Positions 1-12,170 of a stretch of DNA of 64,000 nucleotides are shown piece by piece. The DNA comes from Eledone cirrhosa (Eukaryota). A program made the position numbers and the translations under genes. Location of the stretch: the NCBI GenBank assembly GCA_964016885.1, contig OZ024741.1, positions 358,112,001-358,176,000 on the forward strand, in the 5' to 3' direction. A model generated the notes under the pieces. The model was not told the DNA's origin. It worked only from the letters and a program-made list of their open reading frames with translations, and did no database searches. Numbering within the stretch: the stretch's first letter is position 1; each line of letters opens with the position of its first letter.

Positions 1-698
1 ATTAAATTGTGTAAAAGCACACACACCCTGGATACTACATGCACACCATACTGACTTAAACGAAAGGAAAGGGCACACGAGATAATGTAGTCCTAGATAT
101 ACTTACTTAGTTTGAAAACAGAATGAGTTTGGAATGCTTTTGATTATCTATCTACTCAGTCAGAGCTGACCTAGTGATAAACAATAAATACATCAACACT
201 AACAGCTGCTGTCAACAATGGGAATATTGTTACGTTACACCACTCCGTCACCTCCACTATTAACAAGAGCAAGAACAACAATAGCAACTACAAAAACAAT
301 AATAAAAACAACCTCAATCACAACAAATATAACAACAATAAACACAAGAACAGCAGTGAGGTACTGCTAAGTGAAATGACTCTAAAAGCCTCGTTAACCA
401 GAATAATCGCAGGACAGGTTGTGATACTGTCCAAGGAAGTAGAGGTTTCCTGGCACTACCAAACCTGTTCATCTCAGCATCTATTATCTGAATGTAGCAG
501 TTATTTATTTCAAGTGTTTGTTGATAGTTGTTTATATCAAATAGTTTGGCGAACTATTAAGTGTTTACTTCCTTCCACTCTCATTCACTTTGCCATTTGC
601 CTCACCTGTTACAAAATAGATGTATGTTTTGTAGGTTAAATCTCAACTACGCACACATGTGTGTTTTTATTGTATGCGTGAAAGTACGCGCATGCAGC

Positions 699-807
<109 letters not shown>

Positions 808-856
808 TATGTGCGTTAAAAAAAAGATATTGTTTGTAGAGGACTTTATTGTAAAA

Positions 857-1600
857 CTAACTGAGTTACCCGGCTTCGCCAGGGAGAGCAGTTCAGAGAA
901 GACGAATAAAAGATAAAACGACTGTATTGGATGTGTTGTCTGGTTTATTATATGAGGTGAGACCGCAATGTGTGTGTGTGTGTGTGAGAGAGAGAGAGTG
1001 AGAGAGAGACATAAAAAAACAATAATAAAACTTCCTTTTTAGGCTGGGGGAGTAAACTGCCGATTAAATGGGATCATTGGTCTTGGATTTTAAATGTTGT
1101 GAAATAACCATAGTCAGTATGACCTTTATTAGCTCCAAAGGACGTCATCTGAAATGCAACAATATTCCGCATAACATTGCTTCTGAAGTGTTTAGCTTCG
1201 TTAGTACGGTCTGTAAGCAGTATATGGATAAAAGCTGGAAGGTCCTCTATCAGTGGAAGTCTGACTTCCTCCTAAGCAACACATGCCAAGTGTAATATCC
1301 ATGCTACCAATTGCGACTTTAGGATCATTTCTATAATTCTTCGATGGACCATATGAAAACACAGCTCTAAGCCAGTTTATTCTGCCTTGAAGAGTCGTTT
1401 GTGCTCGTCAAGTTTGCATTGCAACTGTCATTGCCTCTTGGTGATTTTCATATTGAACCTTTGTTTATTGCGATAGTCTTTCTTCTTGCCTTAATCTTTC
1501 TGTTTCCTGTTTTCAGCTTCTGTTCACTTTCAGAAAACTGCGGTCGTATTTCTCGTTGTCTTAATCTTTCTTTTTCACGTCTCATATTCTGAATTACGTC
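857..1600 (-). mobile_element. Helitron deletion derivative with a degraded RepHel N-terminal fragment and 3' end
   Basis: Minus-strand translation of ~1045-1370 gives LGMCC..VRLPLIEDLP..LLT..EAKHFRSNV..FQMTSFGA..FTTFKIQ..HLIGSLLP, typical Helitron Rep N-terminal motifs. A 3' hairpin (CCCTGGCGAAGCCGGG, 869-884) is followed by TTAG|T at ~857. Confidence 0.8.
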
Positions 1601-1719
1601 AATAATAACACAGAACAAAATAGAAATAATGCAAATAGCAGCCTTAGAGAAGAGAATGTCTTCTGAATTAGGTCAATAATAACATGTCACTCTCCTCAAA
1701 AAGATAAATTAATATACAC

Positions 1720-1763
<44 letters not shown>

Positions 1764-1765
1764 GA

Positions 1766-1826
<61 letters not shown>

Positions 1827-2027
1827 TGAGAGAGAGAGAGTATTTTTCAAGACGCAGATAAAATTACATTCTAATAAAAGCCTTCATTTATGCAGTCGAA
1901 GGAGTGCACAATATTGAACACGGTGCTATTTACAAATGTATTAAGTTCCACATAAACGGTAAAACTCTTAACGCCCTGTTCCACTTGAAACTGTATCACC
2001 TAATGTAAAAAACCTGAGATCAGTTTG

Positions 2028-2245
2028 ACAATCGCCACCGACGAATGCGAGAAAGTTCTCCAGGAAAGTTAACTAAAAAATCTCCCTACCGAAGTTAACA
2101 AAGAACTTACTAGATCGACAAAAACAAATTGTAAAATTATATTATAAAATTAAATTGTTTAGAACTACAAGTGAAGTCATTCTTTTCCTTTTTTCAAATA
2201 TACCTAACTATACCAAGTATTTCACACATTTTCCAATATATATAT
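2028..2245 (+). repeat. Dispersed repeat ending in (TA)n; second copy at ~26807-26970
   Basis: GACAATCGCCACCGA..GAAAGTTCTCC..TTTAGAACTACAAGTGAAGTCATTC..TTTCCAATATATA occurs at both loci. Confidence 0.75.
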
Positions 2246-2720
2246 ATCAAAAACCCTTGTTGGAAATAACACGTGACAACGAAATATTTGAAGGCTGTCT
2301 ATTGTGGCGGTCGCATTTAGTTTGTTCACACCAGTTTGAGGCAATAGAACGGAATTCCTGTTGATGAAATGAATCCCCTGTTCGATCATGGAATACCACA
2401 AGCTTACGTGTTACGTAAGTTGGATAGATGATGTCGAATTCATAGAAACATATTGGACGTATTGCAGAATATCATCCGATCTGTCCAGGTCTGTTTTTAA
2501 CCTGATTAGTTCTTTCGTTACTTTGGTATTGTATGGTTGGGTTTTGCCTACCGCAATTTTCAATTTGTCAAGCTATTTAAACGTATGTTATTACTCTAAG
2601 GACCTACCCTTATTGAGTGCTTTGCTACCCATTCCTTATTGTGGGTCGACTTTACTTGGCCACAGCCAAAGCTTCGATTTTACTAAGCTTCCACTTGTAT
2701 TATATATATATATATACATC

Positions 2721-2760
2721 CCCAGCTGAAGATCCACGAAAGTGAAACAATTGTTCTCGG
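2721..2760 (+). ncRNA. Minimal type-I hammerhead ribozyme motif with eroded stem II, in a ~75-bp insert between (TA)n arrays
   Basis: CCCAG-CTGAAGA-TCCAC GAAA GT-GAAAC AATT GTT^CTCGG; stem III region is palindromic (AACAATTGTT). Confidence 0.55.
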
Positions 2761-2788
2761 TATGGTGAACTAACTGTTGTGTAACCAC

Positions 2789-2822
<34 letters not shown>

Positions 2823-3209
2823 TTTAGTACAGCATTGGCGAAGCTTTAGAATACGCCCAAGCTAGCGTATATGCATAATCGGTCTGTATCTTGAGCACTC
2901 GGATGAGGAAAGACCCCAGAGTAATAACATTACGTTCAGACAGCTTAGCAAATCAGATATAGCGGTCGGCAGTCCAGCCGCATCACTAGAGCAACGAAAA
3001 TACAGATATATATATATATATGAATATTTATATATATATATATTATTGTAAATTTCTTTCTGTCAGAAATTAGGAATTTCAACTATTCTTCTTCTACATC
3101 AATGGACCTCCGTCGGCTACAACGATGAATGCCCAGCTGTTTAATCAACGGAACAACCTGCTCATGAAATTAGTGGCTGAGCATTATTGTCTGACGAAGT
3201 GCGTTTGAA

Positions 3210-3240
<31 letters not shown>

Positions 3241-3281
3241 AATATATACACACACACACGCAAACACATACACACACATCC

Positions 3282-3321
<40 letters not shown>

Positions 3322-3579
3322 GCAAAAAGTAAACGGAAACAACAACAAAAAACAACACAGTACAATGAAGAAATATATTAGTTTAACGCTTGATATAGGA
3401 GGAAAAGAGTCTCTACGTTTCGGACACTAATCCTCCACCAGAAGATAGAATGAAAAATAAAAGATGAAATAGAAGAGGAAAGAACGAAAACAATTTCTTA
3501 GCTCATCTGATTTTTAAGTAAACCTCTACACTATATGTAATTTGTTTTCGTTTTCCTCATTTAATTATCTACAACTGGA

Positions 3580-5982
3580 GACTACCGAAAGCCAAAGAAG
3601 CCCACGAAACTGGCAGGTCCAGGATGACCTATAGTATAAAGTGGGAAGCATTGGTGGATAAGGAAGTCAGGACCAGGTATGTAGATACTATTGCATCCAA
3701 ATTCAGAGAACTCCCTGAGCAAACTGAAGACGTTGAGACAGAGTGGAGATTGTTCAGCTAGGCAGCAGTTTCTGCTTCAGCTGTTAAATGCTGCGGATGA
3801 AAGAGGTTTATTGTGGCGCCGGATGGCAGGATGACTTCTTGGTCCAGCCAAGAGGTCAAAGATGCCATCTGAGCAAAGAAGGAAGCTTATAAAGCTTGGC
3901 TTGGAAATAAGTTCTCCTTCTTGCACTTGTGGTACAAGCAGGCACGAAAAATCGCAGCAGGGACACTAAAGGCGTCCAAAGTTAAGACAGGGAGGACTTA
4001 GCGGTTAAGCTGGAATCCGACTTCAGATTAGCAAATAAAGTGTTTTGGCAGACAACCCGTTAACTTCGTAATAAGAAGCCCTTCTCTACACCTGCTATCA
4101 AAAACGAATCTGGGGTTCTCTTCAGAGAGGTGCATCCACGCGATGTGGAGGGAATACTTTGATGATCCCCTAAACCCGATCACAACAGCATCTTCTGATG
4201 TACACGAGGTGCACCTGAGAGCGGTGGATAATCTCTTAGAGGTTAAGGTTACAAGAGCAGTTAAAGAGCTCAAATGAGACAAAGCCGTAGGGGAAGATGA
4301 AAACCGACCCAAGATGTTAAAAGCCTTAAATAGAGAAGGTATTCTCTGGCTGACTCATGTGTGCCTGGTGGCCTGGGTATCTGGAAAGGCACCTAAGCAA
4401 TGGCAATCGAGATGGATAATCCTAATTTTCAAATAGGGAGACAAGAGAGATTGTTCCAATTATAGAGGGATCACCTAGTTAAGCCTTCCCGGTAAATCTA
4501 TACTAAATGTCTGGCAAAGAGAAGCAGGGAGATTGTCGAGTTCCAGCTAGCCGATGAACAGTGCGGCTTTTGCCCCGGACGCAGCACAGTCGACCAAATA
4601 TTCATACTGCGGCAGGTGTTCGAGAAATCATGGGCGTTTTACATGGAGTTGCTTAACTCGACAGAAGTTGATCTTTGACTTGCACTTGATAGATTTGATG
4701 CCAAGTGCTGCATGGCTGGAATGGAAATCAGTGCTGCAAAAACTGAGACCCTCGTCCTTTCAAGGAAGCTTGCGCAGTGAACTCTACATATGATTGGAAT
4801 TCCACTGAAGCAGGTAGAGAAGTTCAAGTATCTCGGGGCCCTGTTCACGAGTGATGGAAGGAAGGAGGCTGAATTCAGTACAATGTTTGTAAAAGCTGTT
4901 GCAGTAATGCATCAGCTTCAGCATTCAGTAATCAGAAGAAGGGCGGTAGGCGTAAAAGTCAAACCCTTCAATTCGGTTTTCGTGCCAACCCTTACCTATG
5001 GTCATGAATCTTAGGTAATGACTGAAAGAATACGATCACGATACAAGCGGCCGAAATAGGATCCCCTCGAAGGGTCTTTGGAGTAACGTTACTCGATAAA
5101 ATGCATAACTCGGAGATCAGAGAGTCACTCCAGGTAGAGTCGCTACTTCTCCGAATTGAGAGATCACAGCTCCGATACTATGGGGATGTGGTTAGAATGT
5201 CTCAGGAAAGAATCGCTTGTCAGATATTACGAGCAAAACCAACCGGCTGGAGTCCCAGCGGTAGAACCCGAACAAGATGGTTGGATAACATCCATGAGCT
5301 TGGCTGGTCACGCTTGGAGATCCAGCCGGATCAGTTGGAGACAGTTGCTTCTGACAGGACTCACTGTAAGGAGTGTTTGAGGAGCCTGGCCCCACGACCC
5401 TGTAGTGACCTATATTCTGATGGCTCTTGAATACATTCTCCATACGTTGTTTGGCTCAGTTCACCCAATCGCTGCCAGCGTAGGGAAATGTATTTCAACT
5501 TTCGCCGAAAAGGAAAAATTATCGCTTCCCTTCGAAAATCTCTCTCTTGCAGCTCGACACCGTGAAGGTAAACATCTCTTGCTTTCGTTCCTCAAGCATA
5601 GACAATATGTAACAACAAATATCATTACGGGTCTGGCTAACGCCTCAGCCAGTTGACAGTACCTCCTTAAATTCTTAATTAGTCTATTCATTTCTCTTGG
5701 TATGCCAGCTAAACCTTTGTAATCGGTTTGTAAATAAATTATATATTATAAACATTATAAAGTCGTATGATGATATTTGCCACAATATTCTCTTGGACTG
5801 CTTCGGTTACTCTCTGTGATACAATGCACAAACAAATATTAACATTCTCAACACATATATAACTATCCATTAACTCTCAACTAACTAACAACTAAACTAC
5901 ACATTCTAAATTGGTGGACATCCTACAAAATAACATCTTCTAAAACCCTCTGAAGAAGAAGAAGAAGAAGAAGAAGAAGAAG

Positions 5983-6012
<30 letters not shown>
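3580..6012 (+). mobile_element. Degraded RTE-clade LINE (Rex3/Expander-like), 5'-truncated, with (GAA)n tail, split near its 3' end by a solo-LTR-like insert
   Basis: Fragmented RT motifs (NYRGIT, EQCGFCPGRST.DQIF, LKQVEKFKYLG, PTLTYGHES, LLRIERSQLR..G.VVRM, GRTRTRWLD) with many stops and frameshifts. Tail at 5952-6012. Confidence 0.88.
5401..5944. mobile_element. Probable solo LTR (544 bp) with ACCC target-site duplication
   Basis: Begins TGTAG and ends CTAAA (expected CTACA). ACCC lies at 5397-5400 and 5945-5948. The insert separates the RTE body from its (GAA)n tail; a paralogous RTE end at 49440-49713 is uninterrupted. Confidence 0.6.
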
Positions 6013-6013
<1 letters not shown>

Positions 6014-6334
6014 CTTTGTAATGTACCCTTGTGGCAAAAGAAAAAGAAATATTATACCGAAAAATACAGAATAAGTACTTCTTAACTATAATAAATAAAA
6101 TATTTTTACTTACCGTTAATCATAGCGATATGGTATGATTATGATAGCGTTGACAGAAGTTTCTGAATCGCATACAGAAGAGATGGGAACTGCTCTTATA
6201 AGGATTTCAAATTTTAACACTTTTCATTTCAAAATGCCTGAAATTGGCACTGTTTCTTCGATACGAAATTCTTTATCTTACTGTTTATATTTATCAAAAC
6301 AACCTTCGTTATCTTATGTTCCAAACACCAACTT

Positions 6335-6525
6335 AATAATTGTTTCTACTTTAGGCACAAGACCAGCAATTACCCAGTACATTACTGGTACTTTATTTTA
6401 TCGACCCCGTAAGGATGAAAGGCAAAGTTAACCTCGGCGAGATTTGAACTCAGACTGTACAGGGACGTAACTATGCTAGAAAACATGGCATCCAACCCTC
6501 TACCGATACTGCCAATTCACCGCCC
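6335..6525 (-). mobile_element. tRNA-derived SINE family A
   Basis: A-box-like TGGCAGTATCGG, B-box-like GAGTTCAAATC, core TTAACTTTGCCTTTCATCCTTACGGGGTCGATAAA; about ten copies in the window. Confidence 0.88.
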
Positions 6526-7674
6526 TTAATAATGAGAAGGGTATTTTTATTGTTAAGTCACTCATAATTCTTTAAAAATCATAGGCAGTGCCTTTCATTA
6601 GAAATATGGTAACGAACGGGTTAAAGCGTTTATCTGAAAACATTCCATCATAATTTTATGTAAGAACTTTATATTCTTAAAACGAACTTAATTCTGAGAA
6701 AGTAATTATATTTCTGTCTTTCATTAGAAAAATGGTAACGAATTGTTTGAGTCACATCTCTCCCTCTCTCAAGTGGTGTTTAGTCGTGTGTAGTTTATAG
6801 TCTATAAAGTTAGTTTACTGCTATGTAACTGTTTATTATGTCATTGTTTTAAAGTTCATATCATATGTCAATCAGTCAAACGGTGAATAGTTCATTATAT
6901 ATACGCAAGCACGTGTGAGTATAAATATATGTATATCAAGGGCGGTGGAAGCATTATAACATGTACATAAATTGTAGCACATATACAAGTAGATGTGTTT
7001 TGGTAGTTTGGGAAGAAAAATATAATTATTGGGGGATTCACGCCCCCCCCCCCCCCCCGGCCCCACGCCCCACCTCAGTTCCCCCGCCCCTATGTATGTA
7101 TGTTTATATATATTTACAACAATAGAATGTTTACTTACCGTTGGTTGTAGTCATAATTGTGTTCTAATGACGTCTCCGAAGCTCACAGATGTGGGATATT
7201 ATCATGTAAATACAGTTTAATAGAACATTTGCTAACTCTGACGTAGAACATGAATTTTATTTTATTTATTTTTCAAACTTAGATGCCACCTCACACATCC
7301 TTGTTTGTTGTATAGTCAGTCGTGTGCAGTTTATAGTCCACTGCTGTAATGGAACAAACTGCATTTAACACATTAAGCATCACATCCGACCGATTACTTA
7401 GGCTTGAAACATCTATGGATGTGCGCGCGCGCGCGTGTGTGTGCGCGTGTGCGTGTGTGCGTGTGCGTGCGTGTGTGTGTGTGTGCTGTCTCGGATTGAC
7501 CAATGCCTTGTGAGTGGAATTTAGTGACGTAAATTACAGAAGCCCGTCATATATATGTATATATATATATATATATATAAATTAATAAAAACTACGATGT
7601 TTATATCATCAACGTAGCGGGAGTACATTATCAGGGTTAAGGGGTCTTCTAATGATATAAACATCGTAGTTAAA

Positions 7675-9174
7675 ACACCCCCACTAGAGAACAGTCAGGA
7701 ATTAGAGAAAAACACAATGGAAAGCATCCAGCAAATAGCAAACTCCATCCACCAGAGTATTAGAGTTACTATAGACTACCCAAGCAAACACCCCAACCAT
7801 CGATTACCTGTACTAGACACAAAGCTCTGGTTAGATACCATTAATAACAAAAAACAAATCCTCCATTCCCATTATGCCAAACCCATGACTTCCAAATATC
7901 TGATCCACCGAAACTCAGCTGTTTCGGACCATACCAAAATCAACATACTGATTGCGGATTTGGTACGGGTGATGAGAAACGTGTCCCGCATGTGCAACCC
8001 CGAAGAACTAAAGAGACACATACAACACTTCATCCCCCGTATGCAGTTCTCTGGTTACAATCAGCGAGATAAAATCAGAGTATATAGAGGAGCCAGAACC
8101 AAATGGGAAAAAATGGTAAATAATGATACAAATGGGACCTGCCCCTTGTATAGGAGCAAATTTTGGAATAGAATAGAAAGAACTAGGAATAAGGCTAATA
8201 GAATAAACTCATGGTATGATAGCAATAAATAACAGAGTGTAATGTTCATCGATACAACCCCTAGAGGTGAATTAGCTTACAAATTTAGAAGGGCCCTAGA
8301 TAAACATAAACTCAATATTAAGATAGTAGAAACCCCAGGTACCTCAATAAAAACACTTATTAGCAATACATACCCTTTTCAAAGACCTCCCTGTATAGAT
8401 AAGAAATATATAATCTGTAAATTAAGCCCTTATATTAACTGTAAAACTAGAAATGTAGTATATAGCATAAGATGTACCGAAGGACAATGTAGAGATAAAA
8501 ATATAGTGTACATAGGTGAGACAGCTCGTAGTATAGGGGAACGGAAAAATGAACACTGGCGAGACCTTCAAGATAGTAAAGAATCATCTGTACTCTACCA
8601 ACATGCTAAAATAGAACATAAGGGTAAATTAGAGAACATAGAAATAAAAATAGAATCTACACACAGAAAAGACGCAATGTTTAGACAAATCACAGAGGCA
8701 ATAAACATAAATGAACTCCAACCAAAATTAAATAGAAAACATGAGTGGAACAGCAACATCACAACTTACAATTAAGGACAAAATGAAAACACGCATGCAC
8801 ATAGAACAAACAACCAACCAGTAACATGTAAATAAACGAATATAAACACACACAGACACCCGGATGTAACACATGCGCAAACTAAGCACACAACACACAC
8901 AAAAACAAGATGGCGTAGGACAGAACAAAGGAGAGGCACAAAAACAAAGAAAAGAATCCCCAGTCACTGAAGAGGTCACAGAATGTGTGACGAAAGAACT
9001 TTGACAATATATAAACAATCATCTTGTTGTGGAACCAACTAACCAACCGGAAATTTATAAATTCCTAAATTTATAAATTCCTAGGTGCGGAATTTATAAA
9101 TTTATTATAATAAATTGAAGTGAAAGCAACTGGTGCGTGTGTTTCTTATTGGCAACATGACCCTCCCAAAGTAT

Positions 9175-9180
<6 letters not shown>
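7675..9180 (+). mobile_element. Penelope-like element, 5'-truncated: RT C-terminus, Cys linker, GIY-YIG endonuclease, 3' pseudo-LTR ending in (TA)n
   Basis: ORFs 7717-8232 (LPVLD, YAKPMTSK) and 8242-8775 (NVVYSIRC..VYIGETARS..H..H..RQITEA.LNRKHEW) are in frame and separated by TAA; the paralog at ~13008 has TAC. Confidence 0.92.
8963..9005 (+). ncRNA. Type-I hammerhead ribozyme in PLE pseudo-LTR
   Basis: GTCA-CTGAAGA-G-GTCACA gaatg TGTGAC-GAAAG aa CTT^TGAC; stem I GTCA/TGAC; one extra G before stem II. Confidence 0.8.
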
Positions 9181-9244
<64 letters not shown>

Positions 9245-9249
<5 letters not shown>

Positions 9250-9323
9250 CAAAAGTCGCAATACATAGGAAATTTTTAAGTTTCCATATTTATTTATTTT
9301 GAATATCGCGACTTTTGGGCCAC
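9245..9323. mobile_element. Tiny Tc1/mariner-type MITE remnant
   Basis: Inverted ends GGGTCAAAAGTCGC / GCGACTTTTGGGCC next to (TA)n. Confidence 0.45.
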
Positions 9324-9324
9324 C

Positions 9325-11003
9325 GGCTTCCGACTGCACTTCCACACTTCCCTCTTCGCTCCCCCTCCACCAAACATATCCCCAGCCGCTCCTCGTGTCT
9401 CCTCATGCATCACTCTCTCCGCTCCTCCCTCTCCACCATCCGCAACCTCGACTACAACCCCCCCATCCTCCGCTTTCACTCCGCGTGCCACCCACTCCTC
9501 GCCCACTCCCTCTTCCTCTTCATCAAAAACCTCAACCACGACCTCTTCTCCTTCCTCACCTCCACCAAAGCCCATAAGCCCTACTCACCATCACCATCTA
9601 CTTTCTCCCCAAGATCCACAAACCCAACAACCCAGGTCGCCCCATCGTCTCCGTCCGCAACAGCCCCGCAGAACTCATCTCCGCCTTTCTTGACTCCATC
9701 CTCGCCCCTCTCGTTACCGCCCTCTCCTCCTACTTCTCCGACACCAACCACGCCCTTCGCCTGTTCGAATCCCTCACTTTCCCACCCGGCCCACACCCCC
9801 TACTCTTCACCCTAGACATTAAGTCACTTTACACCGTCCTTCCCCCACGCCGACGGCCTACGCGCCCTCCGGCACTACTTAGACCTTCGCCCCTCCCCCG
9901 TCTCCTCCACTCCACCCTCCTTCGCCTCGCCGAGCTGGTCCTCACCCTTAACTGCACAATACACCGGCCCCACGCCCGAATTGTACGGTCGGTACATCGA
10001 CGACTGCATCGGAGCCACGACCCTCACCCAAGAACAGCTCGACTCCTTTCTCTCCTACTTCTGCTCCTTCCACCCCTCCCTCCACTTCACCACCTCTATC
10101 TCCACCACCCACGTCCACTTCTTGGACATATCCGTCGCCATCGACCCCTCCCACCGCTCCCTCGTCATCTCCGCCTCCTTCCAACCCACCGACTCCCACT
10201 CCTACCTCGACTTCACCTCCTCCTACCCTACACACACCAAACACTTCATTCCCTACTCCCAACTCCCCCGGATCCGCCGCCTCTGCAGCCGAGATGCTGA
10301 CTTCGAGACTCAGGCCCTGTCTCTGGTCAGCCATTTCATCCGGAGAGGTCCCCCCCTCGTCCACGCCACCCTCACTCGCGCCCACGAATTCCACCGCTCC
10401 ACCGCCCTCACCCCCGCTCCCGCACCCGCACCCACTGTCCCCCTCACCTACCACCTCTCCACCTTACCCCTCCTCCGCACCATCCTCCGCCTCTTCCTCC
10501 GCCTCCAGTCCGACCCCTACACCTCCCCCAGCTTCCCTTCTCCCCCCCCCTTCAAAAATGCACGCGCAACCTCCACTCCCTCCTCGTCCACAGCTCCATA
10601 CCTTCAACCCCAGTTCCCCCCGGTTCGCTTCTCTGCTCCAGACCACGCTGCCACACCTGCCCCCACATCACCAACACCACCACCTTCCAGGGTCCCAACG
10701 ACCACTCTCTCTCTGTTCGGCACGCCTTCCGCTGCACCTCCCCCAACCTCGTCTATGGACTTCGCTGCACGGAGTGCAGTGCAACCTACGTCGGACAGAC
10801 CGGACGTCGCCTGGCGGATCGGTTCACGGAGCACCTCCGAGATATTCGTCGCGGCGGGAGTTCCCCCATCGCCCGCCACTTTGGTTCCCCTGGACATTCC
10901 GCCCACCACCTCACCTGCTTGGCACCTTCCTATTGCTATCTCCTTCCACCAGTCCCCCCATACCCTCGGAACTCTTTACCTGCCCACTTTTCTCCTGATG
11001 AAT
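9325..11003 (+). mobile_element. Extremely C-rich Penelope-like element (Neptune-like), frameshifted
   Basis: RT motifs LFTLDIKSLYT, YGRYIDDC, VHFLDI, PTDSHSYLD..IPYSQ..RIRRLCS; linker CSRPRCHTC; GIY-YIG NLVYGLRCTECSATYVGQTGRRLADRFTEHLRD. Ends at a truncated CTGATGA (10997-11003). Confidence 0.88.
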
Positions 11004-11009
11004 AAATGA

Positions 11010-11579
11010 CTACATCGAAAACAGAATGGCGAGAAATGAGCGGAGAAATTACGTGAAGCGCAGCCTTCACGAGATCGTGAGTTGGGTGGGAAATTCATGG
11101 AACAAAATCACAGATAGTTGTGTCATGAATGCACTACGAGCAGGCTATCTGGATAATAACTCTCCATTCAATTCAACCTCTATCGCTCAACATGAAAGAC
11201 TAGGGACGAAAATTCTGCAGGCAATTGAGTCACAAGAAAATTCCACAGGAATCGTTGAATCCACTGATTTGGAAAACAATGACATTCCAGAGAAGGATGA
11301 CATGATTATTTTTGAATAAATTAGTGGATTATTTCGCTCATGAGTTTTTGAATTAAAGAGTGTGTTAATTTTTAATAAATTTGATCTTTCAAGTAAACGT
11401 TGCGCGTAAATGCCGATTGTTTTTTCGTAATTTCCAATCATTTAGCGAATTTGTAATTTTCAGTTTCGTAGTGTCGTTTTTTTCGGTATATGAACCCCCT
11501 CCCCCGAAAAATAAGCCGTAGTGGTACATTTCGGAGTAAAAATTAATATAAGCCATGGCTTATAATCGGGGAAACACGG
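11010..11579 (+). mobile_element. pogo/Tigger-type DNA transposon 3' fragment
   Basis: ORF 11026-11319 resembles a DDE transposase C-terminus (IVSWVGNSWNKIT..VMNALRAG) with an acidic tail; subterminal CCCCGAAAAATAAGCC and TIR CGGGGAAACACGG followed by TA. Confidence 0.75.
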
Positions 11580-11705
<126 letters not shown>

Positions 11706-11819
11706 CTTACCAAATAATATTTGGTATCAATGGGTTAAAGACATCTGTCAAATCGATTAGTGGTGAAGGAGGTGTATATACCCCCCCCTCTATATATATA
11801 TATTGCGTGAGTGTGAAAG

Positions 11820-12098
11820 ACCAAAGGTCATTATTGAAAGTCACTGGATTTCGCAAAATACATAATATTTTTTATTAGAGAAGGTAAGATATTTCTCTGC
11901 AAAAATTTGATTGCACTGTTTTGTTTCCACTTATCTATTTTTTGAAAATGTTATTTATTCATTATAAAAATTAAATGATAGCATCCTATATGTAGGTGGG
12001 CCCCCTCCATCCTATATGTAGGTGGGCCCCCTTCATCCTATATGTAGGTGGGCCCCCTTCATCTGGCAACCGATAATTTTAGACCTATTCCGCCACTG
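11820..12098. mobile_element. Right arm of a CAGTGGCGGA-TIR non-autonomous DNA element, with a 3x ~26-bp internal tandem repeat at 11982-12062
   Basis: Paralogous to 17945-18262 plus 22696-22782; ends TCCGCCACTG-TA. Confidence 0.7.
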
Positions 12099-12170
12099 TA
12101 TATATATATATATTTCGTTTCTGAATTTGTTTAGCAAGATTCTTTATCTTAACACGTGTGTTGAAACCGA

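Noticed and set aside
2038-2065. CCGA(C/T)GA..GAAAGTTCTC as a hammerhead (also ~26818)
   Set aside because: No stem I or stem II pairing could be drawn.
2280-2700. Possible minus-strand PLE RT remnant (FYEFDI..YP)
   Set aside because: A single weak motif, too degraded to call.
3114-3126. GGCTACAACGA resembling the 10-23 DNAzyme core
   Set aside because: Partial match to a synthetic motif; expected by chance.
6112-7237. Two possible minus-strand exons (6113-6238, 7139-7237) with GTAAGT donors and CAG acceptors
   Set aside because: All frames contain stops and there is no recognisable homology. They could be UTR or lncRNA exons but cannot be supported without RNA-seq.
8230-8232. Stop between the PLE RT and GIY-YIG ORFs as a recoding site
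   Set aside because: The paralog at ~13008 has TAC, so this is a copy-specific nonsense mutation.
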